Positions 43,947-55,052 of a stretch of DNA of 64,000 nt are shown piece by piece. The notes below the pieces were generated by a model, which saw nothing but the letters and a program-made list of their open reading frames with translations, made no database searches and was not told the origin of the DNA. The translations under genes and the position numbers were made by a program. Source of the stretch: Macrostomum lignano (lineage: Eukaryota); NCBI GenBank assembly GCA_002269645.1, contig NIVC01000009.1:3124-67123 (forward strand), given 5' to 3'. Position 1 is the first letter of the stretch. The number at the start of each line of letters is the position of its first letter.

Positions 43947-44625
43947 AGGCTGCAGTGCGGCCTTCTGCTGCTGCTTCTAGTGTTATCAACCAATCTCATT
44001 TCTAAGAAATAATAGGTCGCTGCCTTTTACAGCGGTGGAATTCCCACTTTTTCCTTGTATTGCTGAAATTATCCCGTAAATGTCTTTCAACTATTGATTC
44101 GATAATGACTAAAAATTATGGGGTTTTTGTGCCATTTTTCAAACAACATCTTTCTGTTGTGTTTGCTAATTGTTTGCGTTTTATACTACTGAACAGTAGT
44201 AAGGTGTTTAGCATCAATTAATCATGGCCATATTTACTACTCAAAGGATAGTGCTGATGTTTACTGGCTGCTAAACTACATTTTATTAGGTTTTACCAAT
44301 CCTTTTACAATCAGCTGATCCTCACTGACACTAACGAGGAACATATTTTTAGCCAAAAAATCATTTGTTTCATTCTTTTTCCATCCTGACTCATCAGTAT
44401 GATGAGTCTCTGCTAAAGTGACCACTGTTTTTTTAAATAAGCCTTCTATTTTAATTGTTTATTTATCAAGTTTGCTTTCATTGTACATTACTTAGCCACT
44501 TATAGACTCTTACATTAAATTACACGACCGAAACTATTTTGAATTGCAGTACACTGTGAACTAATTTGTTAAACAACAGGTTTTGTTTAATTAAATCTTC
44601 TTTTATTTCAAAGGCAACAATGTAG

Positions 44626-44930
44626 GAGGGTAGCTGTCCACAGCATTGACTAGAAGGTAGGGTAGCTGTCCACAGCATTGACTAGAAGGTAGGGTAGCTG
44701 TCCACCGCATTGACTAGAAGGTAGGGTAGCTTTCCACCGAATCGACTAGAAGGTAGGGTAGCTGTCCACCGAATCGACTAGAAGGTAGGGTAGCTGTCCA
44801 CCGAATCGACTAGAAGGTAGGGTAGCTGTCCACCGAATCGACTAGAAGGTAGGGTAGCTGTCCACCGAATCGACTAGAAGGTAGGGTAGCTGTCCACCGA
44901 ATCGACTAGAAGGTAGGGTAGCTGTCCACT
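44626..44930. repeat. 32-bp minisatellite (gtagggtagctgtccaccgaatcgactagaag)
   Basis: About 9 copies. Confidence 0.9.
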
Positions 44931-44944
44931 GCATTAATACTACA

Positions 44945-45430
44945 GTGCATGACAACCTCATTAAAGTAGTGTACAGCAGCTATAAATTCCGCTGTTCCCA
45001 ACCGCCTCATCCCGTCAACAAGGACAAGACCGAGCTGGTGACTCATCACGGCGGCTGCCACTGCGGTGCCGTGACCTTCACAGTAAGGGCACCGGCAGTG
45101 ATCAATGTCATCAAATGCTCCTGCTCAGTATGCAGCATGAAAGGCAATGATCATTTCATTGTGCCAGCCAGCCACTTCACCCTGCTGACGGGCTCCGACT
45201 GTTTAACAACTTACACCTTCAACACGCACGCAGCCAAGCACACGTTCTGCGCCAGGTGCGGAGTGCAGAGTTTCTACACGCCCAGATCCAATCCGGACGG
45301 CTACGGCATCAATGTGCACTGCCTGCGGCCGGACACCGTCAGCCAGTTAGTCTGGGAGCACTTCGACGGCCAGAACTGGGAACAGTCGATGGAGACAATC
45401 GGAGAGAACCTGTCCAATCGGTCCAAGTAG
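44945..45430 (+). CDS. CENPV: CENP-V / GFA-family zinc-binding protein (true start exon not identified)
   Basis: HHGGCHCGAVTF..CSCSVC..HFIVP..YTFNT..AKHTFCARCGVQSFYTPRSNPDGYGINVHCL..FDGQNWE. No in-frame ATG before the domain; acceptor-like pyrimidine tract ends near 45022. Confidence 0.88.
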   Translation: MHDNLIKVVYSSYKFRCSQPPHPVNKDKTELVTHHGGCHCGAVTFTVRAPAVINVIKCSCSVCSMKGNDHFIVPASHFTLLTGSDCLTTYTFNTHAAKHTFCARCGVQSFYTPRSNPDGYGINVHCLRPDTVSQLVWEHFDGQNWEQSMETIGENLSNRSK

Positions 45431-45987
45431 CTTTAGTCGAAGCTTTACACCTAGCGGGGAAATGGGGATAGGCAAGAAGCTATTTTTCTAAGCCATGCAC
45501 AAGCTTCACTTTTCTTACTCAGAAGCACAACTGCAATGCAAATTACATGCTACCCAGAAGCTACAAGTGTAAAGGCCGCTTCACATCCCGTATAGCAAAC
45601 TGCGGAAGAAATACTCGTACTTCTTTCGTGACTCAATTTTGTGATTCTTTATAAAAAAGACTATTTCACACTGAGTTCGAGACAAATAAAGAAATAAACA
45701 ACTAAATTAATATTTGGTTGAATAATGTAATAGTAAATGATAAAAAATCACTAATGTTAAACGCGTTTATTTAACATTTATTCATACATGTAAAATGTGA
45801 AAAACACGTTTCTGAATGCAGAATACGATTAAACGCAAGTCATGCAAAGATTTTAGAATGGACACGCATTTAGACAATGCAGAAACTTTTACAACTAGCT
45901 CGATCGATGATACATGAAATTGCAAATGTATACTTTGTACAAAGGTTATTCAAGAGACTCAGTCCTTGAAGAATGTGCAGATGATGC

Positions 45988-47904
45988 TCAGTCGACCTCC
46001 TCAACGGTGGGTCCTCCAGCTCGCTGATGTCCAGGCTGAGGCTGACCAGACTGCTGCTGCTGCTGATGAAGCTTGGCCATGATTGGCGAGCAGCGGCTGC
46101 TGAGTTGCTGCTGCTGGTGGGCAATCTCGTCCTTCTCGGCAGTCTGGTTGTTCTCCAGCCAGGAAATCACTTGCTCGCAGGCGGCCACCACCTCGGCGGA
46201 GTCCTTCTCGCCCAGCTTGTCCTTGCAGTCGTTGGCAGCCTGCTTGTACTGGAAGGCGAGCGACTCGAGCTGGTTGCGGGCCGCCAGGCGCTCGCGGTGC
46301 CGCTCGTCCTCCTCGCGGAACTTCTCCGCATCCCGCACCATCCTGTCGATCTCGTCCTTCGAGAGGCGGCCCTTGTCGTTCGTGATCGTGATCTTCTCCT
46401 CCTTGCTGGTGCTCTTGTCTTTCGCCGACACCACCAGGATTCCGTTGGCGTCAACGTCGAAGGTCACCTCGATCTGAGGGACTCCGCGCGGCGCTGGCGG
46501 GATCCCGTCCAGGTTGAACCGGCCCAGCAGGTGGTTGTCTCTGGTGAGCGCTCGCTCGCCCTCGAACACCTGCACCGTGACGCCGCTCTGGTTGTCCGAG
46601 TAGGTGGTGAACGTCTGCGTCGCCTTGGTCGGGATGCGGCTGTTCCGCTCGACAATCTTGGTCATCACCCCGCCGGCGGTCTCGATGCCGAGAGACAGCG
46701 GCGCCACATCCAGCAGCAGCAGGTCGTCGATCTTGTCGTCCTTCACGCCAGTCAGCACCGCAGCCTGCACGGCAGCTCCGTAGGCGACCGCCTCGTCCGG
46801 GTTGATCGACTTGTTCAGCGTCCGACCGCCCATGAATTCTTGCAGCAACTTCTGCACCCTCGGGATCCGGGTTGATCCGCCAACCAGCACGATCTCGTTG
46901 ATGTTGCTCTTGTCCATCTTGGCGTCTCTCAGCGCTCGCTCCACCGGCTCCATCGTCTGGCGAAACAGGTCGGCGCACAGCTCCTCGAATCGAGCCCTGG
47001 TGACGCTCGTGTAAAAATCGATGCCCTCGAACAGCGAGTCAATCTCGATGCTCGCCTGTGCCGAGCTGCTCAGCGTTCGCTTCGCTCGCTCAGCCGCAGT
47101 CCGAAGGCGTCTCACAGCCCGAGCGTTGCCGCTCATGTCCTTGCGGTACTTGCGCTTGAACTCTTGCATCAGGTGCTCAACCAGACGATGATCAAAGTCC
47201 TCGCCGCCGAGGTGGGTGTCGCCGGCGGTTGCGCGCACCTCGAACATGCTGCCCTCCGACACTGTCAGGATGGACACGTCGAACGTGCCGCCTCCCAGGT
47301 CAAAGATGAGAATGTTCTTCTCACCCTGCAGGTTCTTGTCCAGACCGTAGGCCAGTGCCGCAGCAGTCGGCTCGTTCACGATGCGCAGCACGTTCAGTCC
47401 GGCAATCGCCCCGGCATCCTTCGTTGCCTGTCGCTGACTGTCGTTGAAGTAGGCCGGCACTGTGATCACCGCGTCAGACACCTTCTCGCCGAGGTAGGCC
47501 TCCGCCGTCTCCTTCATCTTGGTGAGAACCATGGCGGAGATCTCCTCCGGGTAGAAGCTGCGCCTCTCGCCCATGTACTGCACCTCAATCTTGGGTCGGC
47601 CTCCGTCGTTCGTCACCTTGAATGGCCACAGCTTCATGTCCCTCTGCACCGTCTCGTCTCCGAACTTTCGTCCGATCAGACGCTTCGCGTCAAACACCGT
47701 GTTGTCCGGATTCATCGCCACCTGGTTCTTTGCAGCGTCGCCTACCAGCCTCTCCGTGTCCGTGAAGGCCACGTAGCTGGGAGTGGTTCGGTTGCCCTGG
47801 TCATTGGCAATGATCTCCACTTTGCCTGCCTGGAACACGCCAACGCACGAGTACGTGGTGCCCAGGTCAATGCCGATTGCAGGTCCGTTGTTGCTCTTAC
47901 CCAT
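45988..47904 (-). CDS. HSP70: Cytosolic inducible-type Hsp70, 638 aa, intronless (copy A)
   Basis: [39 protein letters not shown]-terminal GPTVEEVD. Confidence 0.98.
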   Translation of the reverse strand: MGKSNNGPAIGIDLGTTYSCVGVFQAGKVEIIANDQGNRTTPSYVAFTDTERLVGDAAKNQVAMNPDNTVFDAKRLIGRKFGDETVQRDMKLWPFKVTNDGGRPKIEVQYMGERRSFYPEEISAMVLTKMKETAEAYLGEKVSDAVITVPAYFNDSQRQATKDAGAIAGLNVLRIVNEPTAAALAYGLDKNLQGEKNILIFDLGGGTFDVSILTVSEGSMFEVRATAGDTHLGGEDFDHRLVEHLMQEFKRKYRKDMSGNARAVRRLRTAAERAKRTLSSSAQASIEIDSLFEGIDFYTSVTRARFEELCADLFRQTMEPVERALRDAKMDKSNINEIVLVGGSTRIPRVQKLLQEFMGGRTLNKSINPDEAVAYGAAVQAAVLTGVKDDKIDDLLLLDVAPLSLGIETAGGVMTKIVERNSRIPTKATQTFTTYSDNQSGVTVQVFEGERALTRDNHLLGRFNLDGIPPAPRGVPQIEVTFDVDANGILVVSAKDKSTSKEEKITITNDKGRLSKDEIDRMVRDAEKFREEDERHRERLAARNQLESLAFQYKQAANDCKDKLGEKDSAEVVAACEQVISWLENNQTAEKDEIAHQQQQLSSRCSPIMAKLHQQQQQSGQPQPGHQRAGGPTVEEVD

Positions 47905-48061
47905 GTTGTCGATCGATTAATTCGCACTTGCTTGATATACGAGTAGTAGCGTAGGCTGATGCGTCTGTTGCCTTGATGGCTTGCTTGGCTTTGCTGTTCG
48001 TTTCGTTCGCCTTGCGATCCGATTTCAATTCTTGCCTCCAATTCTGGGCCGGGTGCTTCTC

Positions 48062-48156
48062 TTTTATAGACTCCGGCCCGTTTCTAGAAGTTTCCCGCAC
48101 CATCCTCCGCGAATGCGCCGCGAGCTATTTTTAGCTCGTTCTGGAAATTTCTCGAA
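48062..48156 (-). promoter_or_regulatory. Hsp70 copy A promoter: TATA box and two heat shock elements
   Basis: Mirror of copy B: TATA 48068-48062, HSEs 48094-48082 and 48156-48139. Confidence 0.9.
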
Positions 48157-48575
48157 AAAAGAATTGCTTGACAAATTTTACCGTTTGCGTCTATTTCGCC
48201 TACTTTAAGTAGAAAGTAACAAACCTGTAGTCTAATATTCTTACAAACATATTTACAATGTTGAATGAATCAAGAAATCCTGTGGAAAATGGGGTTAACG
48301 AATATTAACGATCGTTTTGGTAGCAAAGAATTCATTTTGTTATTCAATATTTATTTGTTAAAACAATCAGGTCTTTCAGATTAACTGATTCTGGAAATCG
48401 GCGATATGTATAGAACAAGCATTGCAAGCACAAAACAAAAGTCAGAAAAGTGCTATGTTTTAAAGCCGACTCAATCTTCTGAAGTGAAACAAAAAGAAAA
48501 TACAAACAGTTAGTCATTTTAATATAATTTTTTAGTTAGTGCTTATTGGAAGTGCACAAAACAAAATGGCAAAAA

Positions 48576-48694
48576 AGACAACAGCATTTGGTATTCCCAG
48601 GCGGTCACCCATCCAAGTACTAACCAAACCCAACGTTGCTTAACTTCGGTGATCAGACGAGAACCGGTGTTTTCAACGTGGTATGGCCGTTGCC
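48576..48694 (-). rRNA. 5S rRNA gene (copy A)
   Basis: Reverse complement GGCAACGGCCATACCACGTTGAAAACACCGGTTCTCGTCTGATCACCGAAGTTAAGC...GGGAATACCAAATGCTGTTGTC, followed by a T6 terminator. Confidence 0.95.
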
Positions 48695-48879
48695 AATTAC
48701 CGAGAGCACTCAACTTCAATTTATACTTTGCTACCGCCGCATTTGTGTCAGTAGGCAATACGTAACGTAAGTAATATGGCCCATTTTGTTTCGACCAAGA
48801 GCCAATAGCCTCCTCGCCTTATCGGGATGATGAATCTACCAATCCTTAATTGATAGTTCTCTCTGCGTTGAATCGACAA

Positions 48880-49965
48880 TCAGATAATGACAGTCAGGTA
48901 ATGGCACTCAGATAATGATCGTCATATAATGACAGTCAGATAATGACAGTCAGATAATGACAGTCAGATAATGACAGTCAGATAATGACAGTCAGATAAT
49001 GACAGTCAGATAATGACAGTCAGATAATGACAGTCAGATAATGACAGTCAGATATGACAGTCCGATAATCACAGTCAGATAATGACAGTCAGGTATGACA
49101 GTCAGATATGACACTCAGATAATGACAGTCAGATAATGAAAGTCAGATAATGAAAGTCAGATATGACAGTCCGATAATGACAGTCAGATAATGACAGTCA
49201 GATATGACAGTCCGATAATCACAGTCAGATAATGACAGTCAGATAATGACAGTCAGGTATGACAGTCAGGTATGACAGTCAGATATGACAGTCAGATAAT
49301 GAAAGTCAGATAAAGACAGTCAGATAATGACAGTCAGATAAAGAAAGTCAGATAATGAAAGTCAGATATGACAGTCCGATAATGACAGTCAGATAATGAC
49401 AGTCAGATATGACAGTCCGATAATCACAGTCAGATAATGACAGTCAGATAATGACAGTCAGGTATGACAGTCAGGTATGACAGTCAGATATGACAGTCAG
49501 ATAATCACAGTCAGATAAAAACAGTCAGATAATGACAGTCATATGACAGTCCGATAATCACAGTCAGATAATGACAGTCAGATATGATAGTCAGATATGA
49601 TAGTCAGATAATGACAGTCAGATAATGACAGTCAGGTATGACAGTCAGATATGATAGTCAGATAGTGACAGTCAGATAATGACAGTCAGATAATGACAGT
49701 CAGATAATGACAGTCAGATAAAGACAGTCAGATAATGACAGTCAGATATGATAGTCAGATATGACAGTCAGATATGACACTCAGATAATGACAGTCAGAT
49801 ATGATAGTCAGATAATGACAGTCAGATAATGACAGTCAGATAATGACAGTCAGATAATGACAGTCAGATAATGACAGTCAGATATGATAGTCAGATAATG
49901 ACAGTCAGATATGACACTCAGATAATGACAGTCAGATAATGAAAGTCAGATAGTGACAGTTCTGA
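48880..49965. repeat. 13-14-bp minisatellite (gataatgacagtca), ~1.08 kb
   Basis: About 78 units with variants (gatatg, gataatcac, ggtatg). Confidence 0.95.
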
Positions 49966-50234
49966 AATCGACATTTAAGATTCCAGGAGTTCACAACGGC
50001 CTTATTCTGCATGGAATCGAAATTTCCATTTCCATTGAGTGCGAAAAGGATGCTTTGCAAAAGTTGAGTTTGGTTCTGGACTCTGACTGCTTTGTTTGAT
50101 TTGCTTGTTTGTTTTTGTTTATTTGGTTGAAATACATGAAATGGAAATAATCCATTATCGGCCCGACTTTTCGGGCCAAAATGAAATCGTCTATGGCAAT
50201 AATCGAATATCAGCCCGCCCGATAGCCACGTAGT

Positions 50235-51670
50235 CATGGTACAATATATATGTTACTCAGGGACAACTAAAACTACCGGGACGCGAAACAAGCCAAGGTG
50301 AAAAAAGTTGGGGGCTCGTTTGAAAGCAGTGTTCTATGGCCGTTCCAACTGCAACTCTTCAGTCTAAAGGGTGGTGAGGGCAAATAAAAAGCCCTCAACT
50401 CGTGTGCGACTGTGAAAAATGTCGAGAAAGTGCAGCGTCTTTAACTGCAGATCAAACTATAACTCAGAAGAAAGCCGAAACGCCCTCAACTCTTGTGCGA
50501 CTGTGAAAAATGTCGAGAAAGTGCAGCGTCTTTAACTGCAGATCAAACTATAACTCAGAAGAAAGCCGAACACGATATTTTCTCTTCCTTGAGATGCACG
50601 AGAACGGGAGCGTTGGAGACAAACCCTACCAAATATTTTTGAGGTAAGAAGGATGTTAATTCTAAGCGATCATACGCTGGTATGCGTGGATGAATTTATT
50701 ACAAACAAATTGTTAAAAATAACCACTGCGATAAAATTTACCATTCTAGAAAGTGACTGAACACATGGACATATGCCAAAAGCACTGGCCAAGTGACACC
50801 CCATGTTGAAGAATGGTCGACATGAAAGACCGAAAGATCCGCCTTCTGTCTTCTCTGGCTTTCCCTCTTCGTGCTTGATACAGACAGACAGACAGACAGT
50901 TTTTATTGCCCTAAACTTCTCCGTTCGCGCATTCGCATACGCCAGTTTTGAACAATAATTGGCAAACTGAATCCAATGGAACCTTAACTATTCAACCGCC
51001 AGGTGCAGACAGTTATATCGGCCAAATGGATGGACGTGATCCGACTGTACAAATCAGAAGAATATCACGTTGTCAAACGAACGGAATTAACCCACGAAGC
51101 TTGCTATCCTTCAGTTCAAGCATACAGAAAAACGAAGGTAACACTCGCTCTCCAAGTCTTCAATGAAAAGGTTGTTGCAGCACTGAAGTGCGACGGCTCC
51201 ATAGACACGACAGTATGAGTCGTCGGCTTACGAATGTTTATTTTAAAGGCCTGGTAAAGCGCTCATCGAAGGTTGCACCTGCGCCGACTACATCGCACGA
51301 CAGAAAGCTACGCAAACTGGAAGGCCAGTGAATTTGCGGTAGAGTTTTTAGTATTCTGTCTTTGGAGTTTCAAATTTTCCAATCCGAAATCTTTCATATC
51401 TAGCTGCTCCTCATCTGGGTTCCTCCTAAAATTCGTTCTGTTTAGTCCTGATTTTCTGTGTTCTATTCTACGAGTACGAGTTGCCGTGTACTTTTGTACA
51501 CACACCATTTCATGCTTTTAAACTTTTTTCTCTTGTGCTTATCTCACATGCTTAAATATATGTAATTTTCGCTCAGTACCCCAGTTTTTCCTATACAGTA
51601 TACAGGTTTCCGTATAAGTTCCTCCTCAAATAAGTTATGTTCAGTTCCGTTCCACGATATATACACCATG
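50235..51670 (+). mobile_element. Decayed P-element-superfamily transposon
   Basis: TIR-like ends CATGGTACAATATATAT / ATATATACACCATG. Fragments: RLK..AVPT (THAP-end-like, ~50325), LVCVDEF (~50680), NNWQTE (~50951), SAKWMDVIRLYKSEE..TELTHEACYP..KVTLALQVFNEKVVAALK (51016-51190). Internal 91-bp tandem duplication at 50391-50570. No clear TSD. Confidence 0.6.
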
Positions 51671-51904
51671 CTAAGTTTAAACCTTTTCTTCGTGAATATC
51701 TCGCGTGTCTAATCGTATGTCATTGTGCTCTGTACGGCCGTTTTTTAGTACCCAAAAAAACAAAAAAACAATATTTAAAACTGAACAAAAACCTTTTAGA
51801 CAAGTTACTGAACCTTTTAAAGCAAAAATAATACTGTGGCCTTAGTCTTTTCAGCAGCTAAGCTAAGCATTTATTGCATGAAAAATCGGGCGCCCATTAC
51901 CTTA

Positions 51905-52162
51905 CCTGACTGTCATTATCTGACTGTCATTATCTGACTGTGATTATCGGACTGTCATATCTGACTGTCATTATCTGACTGTCATTATCTGACTGTCATT
52001 ATCTGACTGTCATTATCTGACTGTCATTATCTGACTGTCATTATCTGACTGTCATTATCTGACTGTCATTATCTGACTGTCATTATCTGACTGTCATTAT
52101 CTGACTGTCATTATATGACGATCATTATCTGAGTGCCATTACCTGACTGTCATTATCTGATT
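51905..52162. repeat. Inverted shorter copy of the 14-bp minisatellite (tgactgtcattatc)
   Basis: Same variant order as 48880-49095 in reverse complement. Confidence 0.95.
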
Positions 52163-52345
52163 GTCGATTCAACGCAGAGAGAACTATCAATTAAGGATTG
52201 GTAGATTCATCATCCCGATAAGGCAAGGAGGCTATTGGCTCTTGGTGGATACAAAATGGGCCATATTACTTACGTTACGTATTGCCTACTGACACAAATG
52301 CGGCGGTAGCGAAGTATAAATTGAAGTTGAGTGCTCTCGGTAATT

Positions 52346-52464
52346 GGCAACGGCCATACCACGTTGAAAACACCGGTTCTCGTCTGATCACCGAAGTTAA
52401 GCAACGTTGGGTTTGGTTAGTACTTGGATGGGTGACCGCCTGGGAATACCAAATGCTGTTGTCT
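52346..52464 (+). rRNA. 5S rRNA gene (copy B)
   Basis: 119-nt 5S sequence with A-box (AGTTAAGC) and C-box (TGGATGGGTGACC); terminal helix GGCAACGGC/GCTGTTGTC; TATAAA at about -31 to -26. Confidence 0.95.
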
Positions 52465-52469
52465 TTTTT
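52464..52469 (+). terminator. Pol III oligo-T terminator of 5S copy B
   Basis: TTTTTT directly after the 5S 3' end; mirror A6 at 48571-48576. Confidence 0.85.
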
Positions 52470-52883
52470 GCCATTTTGTTTTGTGCACTTCCAATAAGCA
52501 CTAACTAAAAAATTATATTAAAATGACTAACTGTTTGTATTTTCTTTTTGTTTCACTTCAGAAGATTGAGTCGGCTTTAAAACATAGCACTTTTCTGACT
52601 TTTGTTTTGTGCTTGCAATGCTTGTTCTATACATATCGCCGATTTCCAGAATCAGTTAATCTGAAAGACCTGATTGTTTTAACAAATAAATATTGAATAA
52701 CAAAATGAATTCTTTGCTACCAAAACGATCGTTAATATTCGTTAACCCCATTTTCCACAGGATTTCTTGATTCATTCAACATTGTAAATATGTTTGTAAG
52801 AATATTAGACTACAGGTTTGTTACTTTCTACTTAAAGTAGGCGAAATAGACGCAAACGGTAAAATTTGTCAAGCAATTCTTTT

Positions 52884-52978
52884 TTCGAGAAATTTCCAGA
52901 ACGAGCTAAAAATAGCTCGCGGCGCATTCGCGGAGGATGGTGCGGGAAACTTCTAGAAACGGGCCGGAGTCTATAAAA
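52884..52978 (+). promoter_or_regulatory. Hsp70 copy B promoter: 4-unit HSE, 3-unit HSE, TATA
   Basis: TTCgaGAAatTTCcaGAA (52884-52901), GAAacTTCtaGAA (52946-52958), TATAAAA (52972-52978). Confidence 0.92.
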
Positions 52979-53135
52979 GAGAAGCACCCGGCCCAGAATT
53001 GGAGGCAAGAATTGAAATCGGATCGCAAGGCGAACGAAACGAACAGCAAAGCCAAGCAAGCCATCAAGGCAACAGACGCATCAGCCTACGCTACTACTCG
53101 TATATCAAGCAAGTGCGAATTAATCGATCGACAAC

Positions 53136-55052
53136 ATGGGTAAGAGCAACAACGGACCTGCAATCGGCATTGACCTGGGCACCACGTACTCGTGCGTTGG
53201 CGTGTTCCAGGCAGGCAAAGTGGAGATCATTGCCAATGACCAGGGCAACCGAACCACTCCCAGCTACGTGGCCTTCACGGACACGGAGAGGCTGGTAGGC
53301 GACGCTGCAAAGAACCAGGTGGCGATGAATCCGGACAACACGGTGTTTGACGCGAAGCGTCTGATCGGACGAAAGTTCGGAGACGAGACGGTGCAGAGGG
53401 ACATGAAGCTGTGGCCATTCAAGGTGACGAACGACGGAGGCCGACCCAAGATTGAGGTGCAGTACATGGGCGAGAGGCGCAGCTTCTACCCGGAGGAGAT
53501 CTCCGCCATGGTTCTCACCAAGATGAAGGAGACGGCGGAGGCCTACCTCGGCGAGAAGGTGTCTGACGCGGTGATCACAGTGCCGGCCTACTTCAACGAC
53601 AGTCAGCGACAGGCAACGAAGGATGCCGGGGCGATTGCCGGACTGAACGTGCTGCGCATCGTGAACGAGCCGACTGCTGCGGCACTGGCCTACGGTCTGG
53701 ACAAGAACCTGCAGGGTGAGAAGAACATTCTCATCTTTGACCTGGGAGGCGGCACGTTCGACGTGTCCATCCTGACAGTGTCGGAGGGCAGCATGTTCGA
53801 GGTGCGCGCAACCGCCGGCGACACCCACCTCGGCGGCGAGGACTTTGATCATCGTCTGGTTGAGCACCTGATGCAAGAGTTCAAGCGCAAGTACCGCAAG
53901 GACATGAGCGGCAACGCTCGGGCTGTGAGACGCCTTCGGACTGCGGCTGAGCGAGCGAAGCGAACGCTGAGCAGCTCGGCACAGGCGAGCATCGAGATTG
54001 ACTCGCTGTTCGAGGGCATCGATTTTTACACGAGCGTCACCAGGGCTCGATTCGAGGAGCTGTGCGCCGACCTGTTTCGCCAGACGATGGAGCCGGTGGA
54101 GCGAGCGCTGAGAGACGCCAAGATGGACAAGAGCAACATCAACGAGATCGTGCTGGTTGGCGGATCAACCCGGATCCCGAGGGTGCAGAAGTTGCTGCAA
54201 GAATTCATGGGCGGTCGGACGCTGAACAAGTCGATCAACCCGGACGAGGCGGTCGCCTACGGAGCTGCCGTGCAGGCTGCGGTGCTGACTGGCGTGAAGG
54301 ACGACACGATCGACGACCTGCTGCTGCTGGATGTGGCGCCGCTGTCTCTCGGCATCGAGACCGCCGGCGGGGTGATGACCAAGATTGTCGAGCGGAACAG
54401 CCGCATCCCGACCAAGGCGACGCAGACGTTCACCACCTACTCGGACAACCAGAGCGGCGTCACGGTGCAGGTGTTCGAGGGCGAGCGAGCGCTCACCAGA
54501 GACAACCACCTGCTGGGCCGGTTCAACCTGGACGGGATCCCGCCAGCGCCGCGCGGAGTCCCTCAGATCGAGGTGACCTTCGACGTTGACGCCAACGGAA
54601 TCCTGGTGGTGTCGGCGAAAGACAAGAGCACCAGCAAGGAGGAGAAGATCACGATCACGAACGACAAGGGCCGCCTCTCGAAGGACGAGATCGACAGGAT
54701 GGTGCGGGATGCGGAGAAGTTCCGCGAGGAGGACGAGCGGCACCGCGAGCGCCTGGCGGCCCGCAACCAGCTCGAGTCGCTCGCCTTCCAGTACAAGCAG
54801 GCTGCCAACGACTGCAAGGACAAGCTGGGCGAGAAGGACTCCGCCGAGGTGGTGGCCGCCTGCGAGCAAGTGATTTCCTGGCTGGAGAACAACCAGACTG
54901 CCGAGAAGGACGAGATTGCCCACCAGCAGCAGCAACTCAGCAGCCGCTGCTCGCCAATCATGGCCAAGCTTCATCAGCAGCAGCAGCAGTCTGGTCAGCC
55001 TCAGCCTGGACATCAGCGAGCTGGAGGACCCACCGTTGAGGAGGTCGACTGA
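53136..55052 (+). CDS. HSP70: Cytosolic inducible-type Hsp70, 638 aa, intronless (copy B)
   Basis: Same as copy A except one residue (KDDTIDD vs KDDKIDD). Confidence 0.98.
   Translation: MGKSNNGPAIGIDLGTTYSCVGVFQAGKVEIIANDQGNRTTPSYVAFTDTERLVGDAAKNQVAMNPDNTVFDAKRLIGRKFGDETVQRDMKLWPFKVTNDGGRPKIEVQYMGERRSFYPEEISAMVLTKMKETAEAYLGEKVSDAVITVPAYFNDSQRQATKDAGAIAGLNVLRIVNEPTAAALAYGLDKNLQGEKNILIFDLGGGTFDVSILTVSEGSMFEVRATAGDTHLGGEDFDHRLVEHLMQEFKRKYRKDMSGNARAVRRLRTAAERAKRTLSSSAQASIEIDSLFEGIDFYTSVTRARFEELCADLFRQTMEPVERALRDAKMDKSNINEIVLVGGSTRIPRVQKLLQEFMGGRTLNKSINPDEAVAYGAAVQAAVLTGVKDDTIDDLLLLDVAPLSLGIETAGGVMTKIVERNSRIPTKATQTFTTYSDNQSGVTVQVFEGERALTRDNHLLGRFNLDGIPPAPRGVPQIEVTFDVDANGILVVSAKDKSTSKEEKITITNDKGRLSKDEIDRMVRDAEKFREEDERHRERLAARNQLESLAFQYKQAANDCKDKLGEKDSAEVVAACEQVISWLENNQTAEKDEIAHQQQQLSSRCSPIMAKLHQQQQQSGQPQPGHQRAGGPTVEEVD

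Noticed and set aside
46027-47946. Long antisense and alternate-frame ORFs over Hsp70 (282, 260, 175, 134 aa; mirrored at 53094-55013)
   Set aside because: Expected shadows of GC3-rich Hsp70 codon usage; no independent signals
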